DNA from: a virus
Lineage: Duplodnaviria; Heunggongvirae; Uroviricota; Caudoviricetes
IMG/VR virus record: IMGVR_UViG_3300029548_000183
Length of the DNA stretch: 21,772 nt
Reading direction: 5' to 3' (one strand)
Part shown: positions 1 through 7,360 of the stretch, one piece after another
How the letters are laid out: each line of letters opens with the position of its first letter
Numbering within the stretch: position 1 is the first letter of the stretch
Position numbers and translations under genes: made by a program
Notes under the pieces: generated by a model
Database searches by the model: none
Seen by the model: only the letters and a program-made list of their open reading frames with translations
Told to the model about the DNA's origin: nothing

Positions 1-120
1 TGGTTTGATCTCTACGATCAAGGCCACCAGCGACCGTGTTCAGATAGAGTGGAAAATCTGACATTTCCGCTCTATCACCCCTCATTTCTATTTTATCTTG
101 TTTGTACCCCTTGTACACCG
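1..120 (+). mobile_element. Probable right end of an inserted recombinase-encoding element
   Basis: The GC-richer segment ends near TTGTACCCCTTGTACACCG (~102-120), followed by an abrupt shift to AT-rich DNA. A hairpin GATAGAGTGGAAA/TTTCCGCTCTATC (43-76) spans the stop codon. Confidence 0.35.
2..61 (+). CDS. C-terminal fragment (window-truncated) of a probable large serine recombinase
   Basis: Frame 2 reads GLISTIKATSDRVQIEWKI-stop. This resembles the 'LI..I.V..D.I.I.WK' tail typical of large serine recombinases. GC is visibly higher than downstream. Only 19 aa are visible. Confidence 0.45.
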   Translation, partial: GLISTIKATSDRVQIEWKI

Positions 121-354
121 ATGTTTGCAATGATTTTTAAAAAACAAAAAAAAGAAACTGATAAGATACCTTATCCGGAAGATGTAAAGGAAATTCGAAA
201 ATATCTAAAATCCATTGGTAGCCTAAAGGCAACTGACAAAGAATTATCTAAGGCATGGATTTCTTTCTCTGAAACTTATTCAGCTAGCTGGCTAGATCCT
301 ACTGATAAATATAAAGAAAAATTTGGAGATTGGCTGGATAAGATATTAAATTAG
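121..354 (+). CDS. Hypothetical protein (~77 aa), start uncertain, possibly 5'-truncated by the upstream insertion
   Basis: The part of ORF 49..354 from ATG 121 has AT-rich codon style and a protein-like sequence, and is followed by a terminator. No clear RBS. Confidence 0.55.
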   Translation: MFAMIFKKQKKETDKIPYPEDVKEIRKYLKSIGSLKATDKELSKAWISFSETYSASWLDPTDKYKEKFGDWLDKILN

Positions 355-380
355 AACCATATTTTTGGTTCTTTTTTTTT
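353..380 (+). terminator. Rho-independent terminator
   Basis: AGAACCA/TGGTTCT stem followed by a long T run, directly after the stop at 354. Confidence 0.7.
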
Positions 381-429
381 ATGCAAAAACAAAAGTAAAT
401 AATAAATTGATAGAATATAAAGAAAAAAC

Positions 430-458
430 TTGACATAGTATCAAAAAGATATTAAGAT
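430..458 (+). promoter_or_regulatory. Sigma-A promoter of the NAD salvage operon
   Basis: TTGACA (430-435), a 17-bp spacer, then TAAGAT (453-458), about 50 bp upstream of the pncA start. Confidence 0.75.
436..454. promoter_or_regulatory. Palindromic operator candidate 1 (likely NrtR site)
   Basis: TAGTATC-AAAAA-GATATTA, a near-perfect 19-bp palindrome filling the -35/-10 spacer. nrtR lies in the same cluster. Confidence 0.6.
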
Positions 459-470
459 ATAAGCATAACA

Positions 471-489
471 TAATATCGAAATGATAATA
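471..489. promoter_or_regulatory. Palindromic operator candidate 2 (likely NrtR site)
   Basis: TAATATC-GAAAT-GATAATA, a second copy of the same TARTATC-N5-GATAWTA pattern just downstream of the predicted +1. Confidence 0.55.
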
Positions 490-510
490 TGTATAAAAGG
501 AGGTAGTATT

Positions 511-1680
511 ATGAAAGAAACTTTAATTGTAGTAGATATGCAAAATGATTTTATAAATGGTTCACTTGGCTCAAAAGAAGCACAGGCAATTGTTCCAAAC
601 GTGGCTAAAAAAATTAAAGAATACAGAGTTGCCGGCAAGCAGATAATTTTTACAAGAGATTCTCATTCCCATAATTATTTAGAAACATATGAAGGAAAGC
701 ACTTGCCTGTTCCTCATTGCATAATAAATACTATTGGATGGCAGATTTCAGATAAATTAGATTTCAGTATTGATGATGATATTTTAATTGATAAGCCTAC
801 TTTCGGATGGACACATTGGGATGATTTCAAATTTGAAAGTGTTGAGATTTGCGGATTATGCACAGATATTTGTGTAATTTCAAATGCTCTTATCATCAGA
901 GCAAATTATCCTGAAATTGATATTGTGGTAGATGCAGATTGTTGTGCCGGTACAACACCTCAAAAACATGCTGCTGCATTAGAAACTATAAAGAGCTGTC
1001 AGATTGAGGTAATGGGGGGAATAGATATGGATAAATACATGAGTGTGATAACTAACTTTGGCTGCCACTATTCTTGTCCATATTGCATTGTCAAAAACAA
1101 TAATCTTCAGATTCCAAGGAGTACTGTTGAAGGACTGGACAGACTTGAAGAAGAAATAAAAAAGAATCAATGCAATTGGGTATCGTTATCCGGTGGTGGT
1201 GATCCATTATGGAACTTAGATAATAATGTAAAATGGTATAGAAAATTTTTTGATATTGTTAATAAAGCACATGTAAAAGTAGAATTACATACAAGCCTAT
1301 CTAATATTAGTAATGCTCCATATACTTGTTTTGAAAGAGTTGTGTACCATTTGCATAGTTTTGAGCAACTAAAATTTGTTAAACGTAAAAATGATGGAAT
1401 TGTTAGAGTTGTATTTGTTGTTACGGAAGATTTTACAGAAGACTTAATCAACAAAATAGCAGTATATTGTCATAATTCAGATGATATTGATGAATTAAGT
1501 TTTAGACAGATGGTAGATAATCATTATCAAGAAACAGATTATTGTAAGGAATATCTAAAGAATGGGCATCAAAAATTATGGTGGTATATAAAGCAGAATG
1601 ATTATAATTTGTACTACTGTGAAAATAAAGTGTATACAGAATACAAAAAGATTGGAGTAGCTAATGAAACCAAAAATTAA
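511..1680 (+). CDS. pncA: Nicotinamidase (isochorismatase/cysteine hydrolase family) fused in frame to a C-terminal radical SAM domain
   Basis: RBS AGGAGGT precedes ATG 511. PncA motifs: LIVVDMQNDF, TRDSH, PHC, DK and GLCTDICVISNA (catalytic Cys). From 1027, MDKYMSVITNFG-CHYSCPYC gives CxxxCxxC (1063-1086), followed by SLSGGGDPL. Confidence 0.9.
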   Translation: MKETLIVVDMQNDFINGSLGSKEAQAIVPNVAKKIKEYRVAGKQIIFTRDSHSHNYLETYEGKHLPVPHCIINTIGWQISDKLDFSIDDDILIDKPTFGWTHWDDFKFESVEICGLCTDICVISNALIIRANYPEIDIVVDADCCAGTTPQKHAAALETIKSCQIEVMGGIDMDKYMSVITNFGCHYSCPYCIVKNNNLQIPRSTVEGLDRLEEEIKKNQCNWVSLSGGGDPLWNLDNNVKWYRKFFDIVNKAHVKVELHTSLSNISNAPYTCFERVVYHLHSFEQLKFVKRKNDGIVRVVFVVTEDFTEDLINKIAVYCHNSDDIDELSFRQMVDNHYQETDYCKEYLKNGHQKLWWYIKQNDYNLYYCENKVYTEYKKIGVANETKN

Positions 1681-2209
1681 AATTAAGAATATTTTCAAGC
1701 ATTTCAAAAAAATATGTGTACATAAGTATTGGGTGTTTTATTATTGCTTCAAAGCAGGAATTCCACTACAAGGATTGGTACATGATTTATCTAAGTTTTC
1801 TCCAACAGAATTTTGGGAAAGTGTTAGATATTATCAGGGAACATCAAGTCCAATAAATACATGTAAGAAAGAAAACGGTTGGTCCACAGCTTGGTTTCAT
1901 CATAAAGGAAGAAATAAACACCACTACGAGTACTGGATAGATAATTTTGATAATGGTGGAATGCCAATTGAAATGCCAATGAAGTATAAAAAAGAAATGT
2001 TGTGTGATTATCTTGGAGCAGGTAAGGCTTATTATGGTAAAGAATTTTCATATCAAAAAGAATTGAAATGGTGGAATGATAAAAAAAGCAAGCCAATTCT
2101 AATGCACCCAAATGACATGGCTTTTATAGATAAATATATAAGACTGTTATGTGATTCAGATAATACAGAAGATTCAGTGTTTTGCTTAATTAAGCAGGAA
2201 GGAAGGTAA
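1664..2209 (+). CDS. DUF5662-like protein, HD-superfamily metal-dependent phosphohydrolase candidate
   Basis: His-rich motifs HK..V, GLVHDLSKFSPTEF, AWFHHKGRNKHHYEYW and EMLCD. RBS GGAG. Overlaps the upstream gene by 17 bp. Confidence 0.75.
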   Translation: MKPKIKIKNIFKHFKKICVHKYWVFYYCFKAGIPLQGLVHDLSKFSPTEFWESVRYYQGTSSPINTCKKENGWSTAWFHHKGRNKHHYEYWIDNFDNGGMPIEMPMKYKKEMLCDYLGAGKAYYGKEFSYQKELKWWNDKKSKPILMHPNDMAFIDKYIRLLCDSDNTEDSVFCLIKQEGR

Positions 2210-2213
2210 ATTT

Positions 2214-3422
2214 ATGAAACAGATTATTAATAGTTTATTAGAAAATGACTTATATAAATACTCAATGGGTCAGGTAATTTATCATCAGTTCAGTGATTAT
2301 AAAACTACATGGACATTTAAATGTAGAAACAAGGGTGCTCATTTTACACCTGAAATGGTAGAAGAAATTAAAAGACAGATTAAAATGTACTGCAATCTTA
2401 GATTTACGGAAGATGAATTAGAATATCTTCATAATATCAAATGGTTGAAAGGCTCATATGTTGATTTTCTTAGATTATGGCGACCTCGATATGAAGATTT
2501 TGAAATTACAACTAATGCTGAATGTGGCTTGTCCATTGAAACATTTGGTACATGGCTTAATACTTCAATGTATGAAATTCCTACACTTGCCATTGTAAAT
2601 GAAGTCTATTTTAGAATGGCATACAATTATGAATTTTTACTTGAAAATTTTAAAGAAAGACTTAATGAAAAATATGAAAATTTAAAAAATGGTCATTGGT
2701 ATGCAGGCACATTTTCTGAATTTGGACTGAGAAGACGATTGTCCGCTCAGGCACAGGAAATAGCTGTAGAAAAATTTTCTCATTTAAATGATACAATGCA
2801 CAGCCCAAGCAGATTCATAGGAACAAGCAATGTATATTTGGCAAAGAAATATAATCTTACACCGGTGGGTACAATGGCTCATGAATGGATTATGTGTGTA
2901 GGCCAGGGAAATCATAAACATAATCCGGCATATAGTAATTGGTATGCTTTTGATGCATGGATTAAGGAATATGGTGTATTAAATGGTATTGCTTTAACAG
3001 ATACCATTACAACAGACTGTTTCTTGAAAGACTTCCAGTTAACATATGCAACATTATTTAGTGGAGTAAGACACGATAGTGGTGATCCATATGAATGGGG
3101 AGAAAAGATGATTAAGCACTATGAATCATTAGGAATTAATCCTAAAACAAAAACTTTGTTATTTAGTGATTCCCTTGATTTTGAAAGGGCTGATAAATTA
3201 TACAGACATTTTAGTAGAAGAATTAATGTAGCTTTTGGTATTGGTACTTATTTAAGTAATGATACAAATGTACCGGCTCTTAACATTGTAATGAAAACAA
3301 CAAAATGTAATGGAATGGATGTTGCTAAATTGTCAGACATTTCTGGAAAAGGAATGTGTAAAAATCCTGAATATGTTGATTATTTGCAACGCTGTATTAA
3401 TTGGAGAATGAAAAATGAGTAA
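2214..3422 (+). CDS. pncB: Nicotinate phosphoribosyltransferase
   Basis: Motifs LLENDLYKYSM, FSEFGLRRR, GTSNV, GTMAHEW (phospho-His), VRHDSGDP, FSDSL, FGIGT, LNIVMK and AKLSD. Confidence 0.95.
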   Translation: MKQIINSLLENDLYKYSMGQVIYHQFSDYKTTWTFKCRNKGAHFTPEMVEEIKRQIKMYCNLRFTEDELEYLHNIKWLKGSYVDFLRLWRPRYEDFEITTNAECGLSIETFGTWLNTSMYEIPTLAIVNEVYFRMAYNYEFLLENFKERLNEKYENLKNGHWYAGTFSEFGLRRRLSAQAQEIAVEKFSHLNDTMHSPSRFIGTSNVYLAKKYNLTPVGTMAHEWIMCVGQGNHKHNPAYSNWYAFDAWIKEYGVLNGIALTDTITTDCFLKDFQLTYATLFSGVRHDSGDPYEWGEKMIKHYESLGINPKTKTLLFSDSLDFERADKLYRHFSRRINVAFGIGTYLSNDTNVPALNIVMKTTKCNGMDVAKLSDISGKGMCKNPEYVDYLQRCINWRMKNE

Positions 3423-4029
3423 AGTATTAATTATTCCGGGAAGTTTCAATCCAATAACAAATGCTCATGTTGAAATGGCACTGACTGCTAAAAAAGTAGT
3501 TAGTGCTGACAAAGTTTTCTTCATTCCTGCACATGATACATATGTTGCAAAAAAGAAAACATTAATTTTGGGTAATTATAGAGTCTCATTAATAAATTCA
3601 ATTCCAATTTTTAAACAAAATGATATTTGTGCCTTAGAGATTGAAACTACTAATTCAATTTCTCCTAAAACATATAATACGTTAAAACAATTAGAATGTA
3701 TGGATAAGAAGAAAGGCGTTCAAAATGAATATTATATATGCTTGGGCATGGATAATATTATGGATTTGCCTAATTGGTATAATTGGAAAAAACTAATAAA
3801 AAAGTACAAATTTATTGCTTGTACAAGAAATGGGCAAGGTTTAGATGATACTTTAAAAGAATTAGGATTAACTAAATATAAAGAACACTTTATGGAAATT
3901 AAAATACCGGAAAATAACATTTCATCAACATTAGTAAGAACATTATGTGAAAATGGGGAATACAAAAAGGTAAAAAACTTAGTTCCAGAAAATGTATATG
4001 AATATTTAATTGAATTTTATAAAAAATAG
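3415..4029 (+). CDS. nadD: Nicotinate-nucleotide adenylyltransferase
   Basis: GSFNPITNAH (HIGH-like), LGMDN...W and ISSTLVR motifs. 8-bp overlap with pncB. Confidence 0.9.
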   Translation: MSKVLIIPGSFNPITNAHVEMALTAKKVVSADKVFFIPAHDTYVAKKKTLILGNYRVSLINSIPIFKQNDICALEIETTNSISPKTYNTLKQLECMDKKKGVQNEYYICLGMDNIMDLPNWYNWKKLIKKYKFIACTRNGQGLDDTLKELGLTKYKEHFMEIKIPENNISSTLVRTLCENGEYKKVKNLVPENVYEYLIEFYKK

Positions 4030-4038
4030 GAGGATGCT

Positions 4039-4800
4039 ATGTATAAATTTAATGCTGAAAAAACAAAAGATGATATTATTAAATGGATAAGAGATTGGTT
4101 TGAGGAAAATGGCAGAGAGTGTAATGCTGTAGTTGGGATTTCAGGGGGAAAAGATTCAAGTATTGTTGCTGCCCTGTGCGTTAAAGCATTAGGAAAAGAC
4201 AGGGTGATTGGTGTATTAATGCCAAATCATAAACAGGCTGATATCGAATATGCTCAGGTTTTGTGTAAATTTTTAGGAATAAAAAATTACACAATTGATG
4301 TTGGACCTGCAATAGACAATGTATTAAATAATATTCAGTCTATAGCCACAGACATTGAAATTTCAGATCAAACAAAAATGAATCTCCCTGCTCGAATCAG
4401 AATGGCAACATTGTATGCTGTTTCTCAATCAGTAAATGGGCGTGTTGCTAACACTTGTAATTTATCAGAAACACTTTTATCTTGGGAAACAAGATGGGGT
4501 GATGCGGTTGGTGATTTTTCTCCACTTTCTGATTTGACAGTAGAGGAAGTAAAAGCAGTAGGATATGCTATTGGACTTCCTAAGGAATTAATTGAAAAAA
4601 TTCCATCTGACGGTTTATGTGGAACATCAGATGAAGAAGCCATGGGTATTCCATATGCAGTAATGGATAAGTACACGAGAACAGGAAAAATAGATGATGA
4701 AAACATTAAGAAAAAAATAGATGAAAGAGTAGATATGTATAGATTTAAAAGAAAATCAATACCATATTTTGAAACAGGATTAAAAAAATATATATTCTAA
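4039..4800 (+). CDS. nadE: NH3-dependent NAD+ synthetase (no glutaminase domain)
   Basis: GISGGKDS P-loop, NLPARIRM, TCNLSE, GD...D.SPL and PSDGL...DE motifs. 253 aa. RBS AGGAGG. Confidence 0.95.
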   Translation: MYKFNAEKTKDDIIKWIRDWFEENGRECNAVVGISGGKDSSIVAALCVKALGKDRVIGVLMPNHKQADIEYAQVLCKFLGIKNYTIDVGPAIDNVLNNIQSIATDIEISDQTKMNLPARIRMATLYAVSQSVNGRVANTCNLSETLLSWETRWGDAVGDFSPLSDLTVEEVKAVGYAIGLPKELIEKIPSDGLCGTSDEEAMGIPYAVMDKYTRTGKIDDENIKKKIDERVDMYRFKRKSIPYFETGLKKYIF

Positions 4801-4804
4801 ATGC

Positions 4805-4833
4805 TTTATATTTATATGCAAGTATTTTATAAT
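4805..4833 (+). promoter_or_regulatory. Possible internal sigma-A promoter for nrtR
   Basis: TTTATA (4805-4810), 17 bp, TATAAT (4828-4833). The AT-rich background weakens this call. Confidence 0.35.
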
Positions 4834-4860
4834 GGATATAGATTTACGGAGGAAATAAAA

Positions 4861-5712
4861 ATGGATGAAAAAGAATTTTTAAAGAATTATGACATAACAA
4901 AATATGATAGGCCTTCAATTGCTGCTGACATTGTATTATTTACATTAGGTAACTCTGTAAGTAACGCAAAAAAAGTGAATATTGGTCCATTACAGATTTT
5001 ATTAATAAAAAGAGCTTCTCATCCATATAAAGATAATTGGGCATTACCTGGTGGCTTTTTTAAAGAAGGAGAAACCATAGAAGAAACTGCCGTTCGTGAA
5101 TTATATGAAGAAACTAATGTCAGCAATGCATACCTTGAAAACATAAAGACTTTTAGTGAGAATGGAAGAGACCCACGTGGTTGGATTGTGTCAAATGCAT
5201 TTATTGGAGCAATCAATAAAAGTGATTGTAATTTACGGGCAGATTCTGACGCATGGGAGGCAAAATGGTTTGATATATCATTAAAAAAAGATAACAGTGA
5301 TACTTATAATACAAAATATAACTTAACTTTAGTATCTGAAGATGATATGGATAAACTTAATGCCACTATTGAATGTAATAAAAGTATAGAAAAAGGAAGA
5401 GTTAAGAGACAATGGAACATTCTCAGTTCTGACAATCTAGCATTTGACCATTCTTTAATTATTACGGAGTTACTTTATAAATTAAAAGACAGCATAAATA
5501 ATGATATTAGATTATTATTTGAATTTGTACCTGAGTTGTTTACCATTGGGCAACTGGAGGGAGCATATAAGTCTATATATGGGATTGAAAATTCTGTCCC
5601 AAATTTCAGAAGAAGTATTGAAAAATATGTCATTGAAACAGATATGTGGGCAGAAAAGACTTCTTACAGGCCTGCTAAATTATATAAAAAGAATTATGAA
5701 AAGTTTTTGTAA
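4861..5712 (+). CDS. nrtR: NrtR-family regulator: N-terminal Nudix (ADP-ribose-binding) domain plus C-terminal winged HTH
   Basis: RBS GGAGG precedes ATG 4861. Nudix box WALPGGFFKEGETIEETAVRELYEET, then RDPRGW and LAFDH. wHTH signature FTIGQL...NFRR...RPAKLY. Confidence 0.9.
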   Translation: MDEKEFLKNYDITKYDRPSIAADIVLFTLGNSVSNAKKVNIGPLQILLIKRASHPYKDNWALPGGFFKEGETIEETAVRELYEETNVSNAYLENIKTFSENGRDPRGWIVSNAFIGAINKSDCNLRADSDAWEAKWFDISLKKDNSDTYNTKYNLTLVSEDDMDKLNATIECNKSIEKGRVKRQWNILSSDNLAFDHSLIITELLYKLKDSINNDIRLLFEFVPELFTIGQLEGAYKSIYGIENSVPNFRRSIEKYVIETDMWAEKTSYRPAKLYKKNYEKFL

Positions 5713-5751
5713 ATAATTGTTGACAAAAATGTATTATCATATATATTTTAG

Positions 5752-5786
5752 AAAAGATTGATGTTTTATTACATTGGTCTTTTTTT
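5752..5786 (+). terminator. Rho-independent terminator closing the NAD operon
   Basis: AAAAGATTGATGT/ACATTGGTCTTTT stem with three G-U pairs, plus a T tract. Confidence 0.6.
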
Positions 5787-5804
5787 ATTTTAGTAAGCAA
5801 ATAA

Positions 5805-5822
5805 ACCCATATTATAAATGTA
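5805..5822 (+). promoter_or_regulatory. Repeated upstream motif copy 1 (ACCCATATTATAAATGTA)
   Basis: A variant of the AACCATATT motif found before five transcription units. Confidence 0.45.
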
Positions 5823-5861
5823 ATAATTAATAACAGGAGATTAAGAAAGGAGATAAATCTT

Positions 5862-5995
5862 ATGAAAAAATATTATGGAGTAATAGATGATTTAGGAAGA
5901 ATTGCCATTCCAAAAAATGAAATGGAGTAGTAATCATTATGGATATTGAAGAAATGATGGTTGAAAATCAGTTTATTCTTCCTATAAGTAATTAA
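5862..5995 (+). pseudogene. AbrB/SpoVT-family DNA-binding protein remnant
   Basis: Strong RBS AGAAAGGAG. MKKYYGVIDDLGRIAIPK matches the AbrB 'IDDLGR..IPK' motif but stops at 5930. A shifted frame continues NGVVII... to a stop at 5995. Confidence 0.65.
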
Positions 5996-6009
5996 ATTAC
6001 TATAAAACT

Positions 6010-6034
6010 AGAGTCACTGTGTGGCTCTTTTTTT
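6010..6034 (+). terminator. Rho-independent terminator
   Basis: AGAGTCAC/GTGGCTCT stem plus a T run. Confidence 0.7.
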
Positions 6035-6051
6035 ATTTTGTCAAAAAATAT

Positions 6052-6069
6052 AACCATATTATTTATGTA
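6052..6069 (+). promoter_or_regulatory. Repeated upstream motif copy 2 (AACCATATTATTTATGTA)
   Basis: Sits just after a terminator and before the 6109 gene cluster. The leader closely resembles 5779-5864. Confidence 0.5.
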
Positions 6070-6108
6070 ATTAAATAAAAATAGGAGTTTTAATAGAAAG
6101 GAGAAAAA

Positions 6109-6411
6109 ATGACAAGAAAAAAAGCAACTGAAATTGTAACAAAATTTTTAAAGGACATGAATCCTGACGCATGGGATGGCAATGGAAACAAACCTGAATC
6201 ATTTGATGAACATGGTTGGCAATGTTCTTTATTAGATGATATAAATCTTGAAATTACATTTGCTTATGATGAAGAAGATGGATGGCATCATTACTGTGAT
6301 TTGGTACATAAGTCAGACAATAGTTCATTTGATATGTTGAGTGGCTATGGAATTGATTCACCGGAAAACATTATTGACACGGTATTAGATTTATGCTGTG
6401 ACTATGAATAA
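6109..6411 (+). CDS. Hypothetical acidic protein (100 aa), phage/ICE-like
   Basis: Strong RBS AGAAAGGAG and an intact ORF. No motif recognised. Confidence 0.8.
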   Translation: MTRKKATEIVTKFLKDMNPDAWDGNGNKPESFDEHGWQCSLLDDINLEITFAYDEEDGWHHYCDLVHKSDNSSFDMLSGYGIDSPENIIDTVLDLCCDYE

Positions 6412-6471
6412 ACACATACATGGTAATTTAGCAGAGTTAAAAATAAAAAGTGATGACTGAAGGAGAAAATT

Positions 6472-6813
6472 ATGAATTGTAAAAAATATACTATTTGCTT
6501 AGAAGATTTATTTAAGCATCTTGCAACTGATTTAAACTTTATTAATCATGAAATTATTAAAACTAAATATGGCTACATCGAAATGGAAATTGATGATGAC
6601 AAAAAATATTTTGATTTTAAGAATGAAATGGGAACCCCCTGTATGGATGGAGAAACTTGTGACTTGCTTGAAGAAAACAATGATTATGTTGCTCTACAGG
6701 AAGAAACAGAAGGAATCCCCTTTAAATTATCAAAAAATGAATTTAAAATTGCAGTTACCCCTATGTACATCAAGAATGAATCAGAAATGAAAGTAAACAA
6801 AAGTTTTATGTAA
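6472..6813 (+). CDS. Hypothetical acidic protein (113 aa)
   Basis: RBS AAGGAG and an intact ORF. Confidence 0.8.
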   Translation: MNCKKYTICLEDLFKHLATDLNFINHEIIKTKYGYIEMEIDDDKKYFDFKNEMGTPCMDGETCDLLEENNDYVALQEETEGIPFKLSKNEFKIAVTPMYIKNESEMKVNKSFM

Positions 6814-6850
6814 AAGATTGAAGAAAGTAATTAAAGATTGGAGATAAAGT

Positions 6851-7015
6851 ATGAGTAAACAATGTGAAATAATTTTTAACACAAAATGTGGATATTGTAT
6901 GCAACCCATAAAATGCAAATCAATTGCAGAAGCAATTAGAATGGCAAAAGAGAGAGAAATGGCATTCAGAATATTTGTTAATGAAAAATGTGTTAGAAAT
7001 GGATGGTACAAATAA
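6851..7015 (+). CDS. Small hypothetical protein (54 aa), absent from the ORF track
   Basis: RBS GGAG. Translates as MSKQCEIIFNTKCGYCMQPIKCKSIAEAIRMAKEREMAFRIFVNEKCVRNGWYK. Fills the gap between co-oriented genes. Confidence 0.7.
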   Translation: MSKQCEIIFNTKCGYCMQPIKCKSIAEAIRMAKEREMAFRIFVNEKCVRNGWYK

Positions 7016-7052
7016 ATTCGCATTTCTTTAGATTAGAAAGGTAGGTAAGTGT

Positions 7053-7310
7053 ATGATTCAGAAAGAGAAGATACCGGGTTATTCGGTAATTGCATATGAC
7101 AAAGATAATGATGTGTTTATCTGCTATGGTAAGTATATGGAAAAATCTGATGCTATAAAAAAAGCCATAGAATTGAAAAAATTGCTTGATAAAGAAGAAC
7201 TTAAAAGAACTTGTTCTGATGGAACAGAAGAACCTATGGATTGGCTTGAGGTTTATTGGAATTGGAACAAAGATGATGAACGAATAATTTGGGGCTCATA
7301 TAATGATTAA
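7053..7310 (+). CDS. Hypothetical protein (85 aa)
   Basis: RBS-like AGAAAGGTAGGT and an intact ORF. Confidence 0.75.
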   Translation: MIQKEKIPGYSVIAYDKDNDVFICYGKYMEKSDAIKKAIELKKLLDKEELKRTCSDGTEEPMDWLEVYWNWNKDDERIIWGSYND

Positions 7311-7360
7311 ATCGCATTTCAAATGGAAAGGAGTTTATTATTTATGAAAGGAGAAAATTC

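Noticed and set aside
49..120. GTG start and N-terminal extension of ORF 49..354
   Set aside because: It overlaps the recombinase-like tail and hairpin, has a different composition and lacks an RBS.
355..363. Sixth AACCATATT copy
   Set aside because: It is part of the terminator stem-loop and lacks the A-rich upstream context of the other copies.
481..510. ATG 481 as the pncA start
   Set aside because: The strong RBS AGGAGGT lies inside this stretch and points to ATG 511, where nicotinamidase homology begins.
1027..1680. Prokaryotic viperin call for the radical SAM domain
   Set aside because: Only the generic CxxxCxxC and GG motifs are visible; viperin-specific residues cannot be confirmed by eye.
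2214..3422. NAMPT (NadV), which would make this a NARP2 pathway
   Set aside because: The motifs (GTMAHEW, RHDSGDP, LNIVMK) and the presence of pncA and nadE indicate nicotinate PRTase.
4801..4860. ATG 4801 as the nrtR start
   Set aside because: RBS GGAGG precedes ATG 4861, and the extension looks like promoter DNA.
5720..5749. TTGACA promoter after nrtR
   Set aside because: The -10 match is poor at 17 bp and a terminator follows immediately, so no plausible transcript results.
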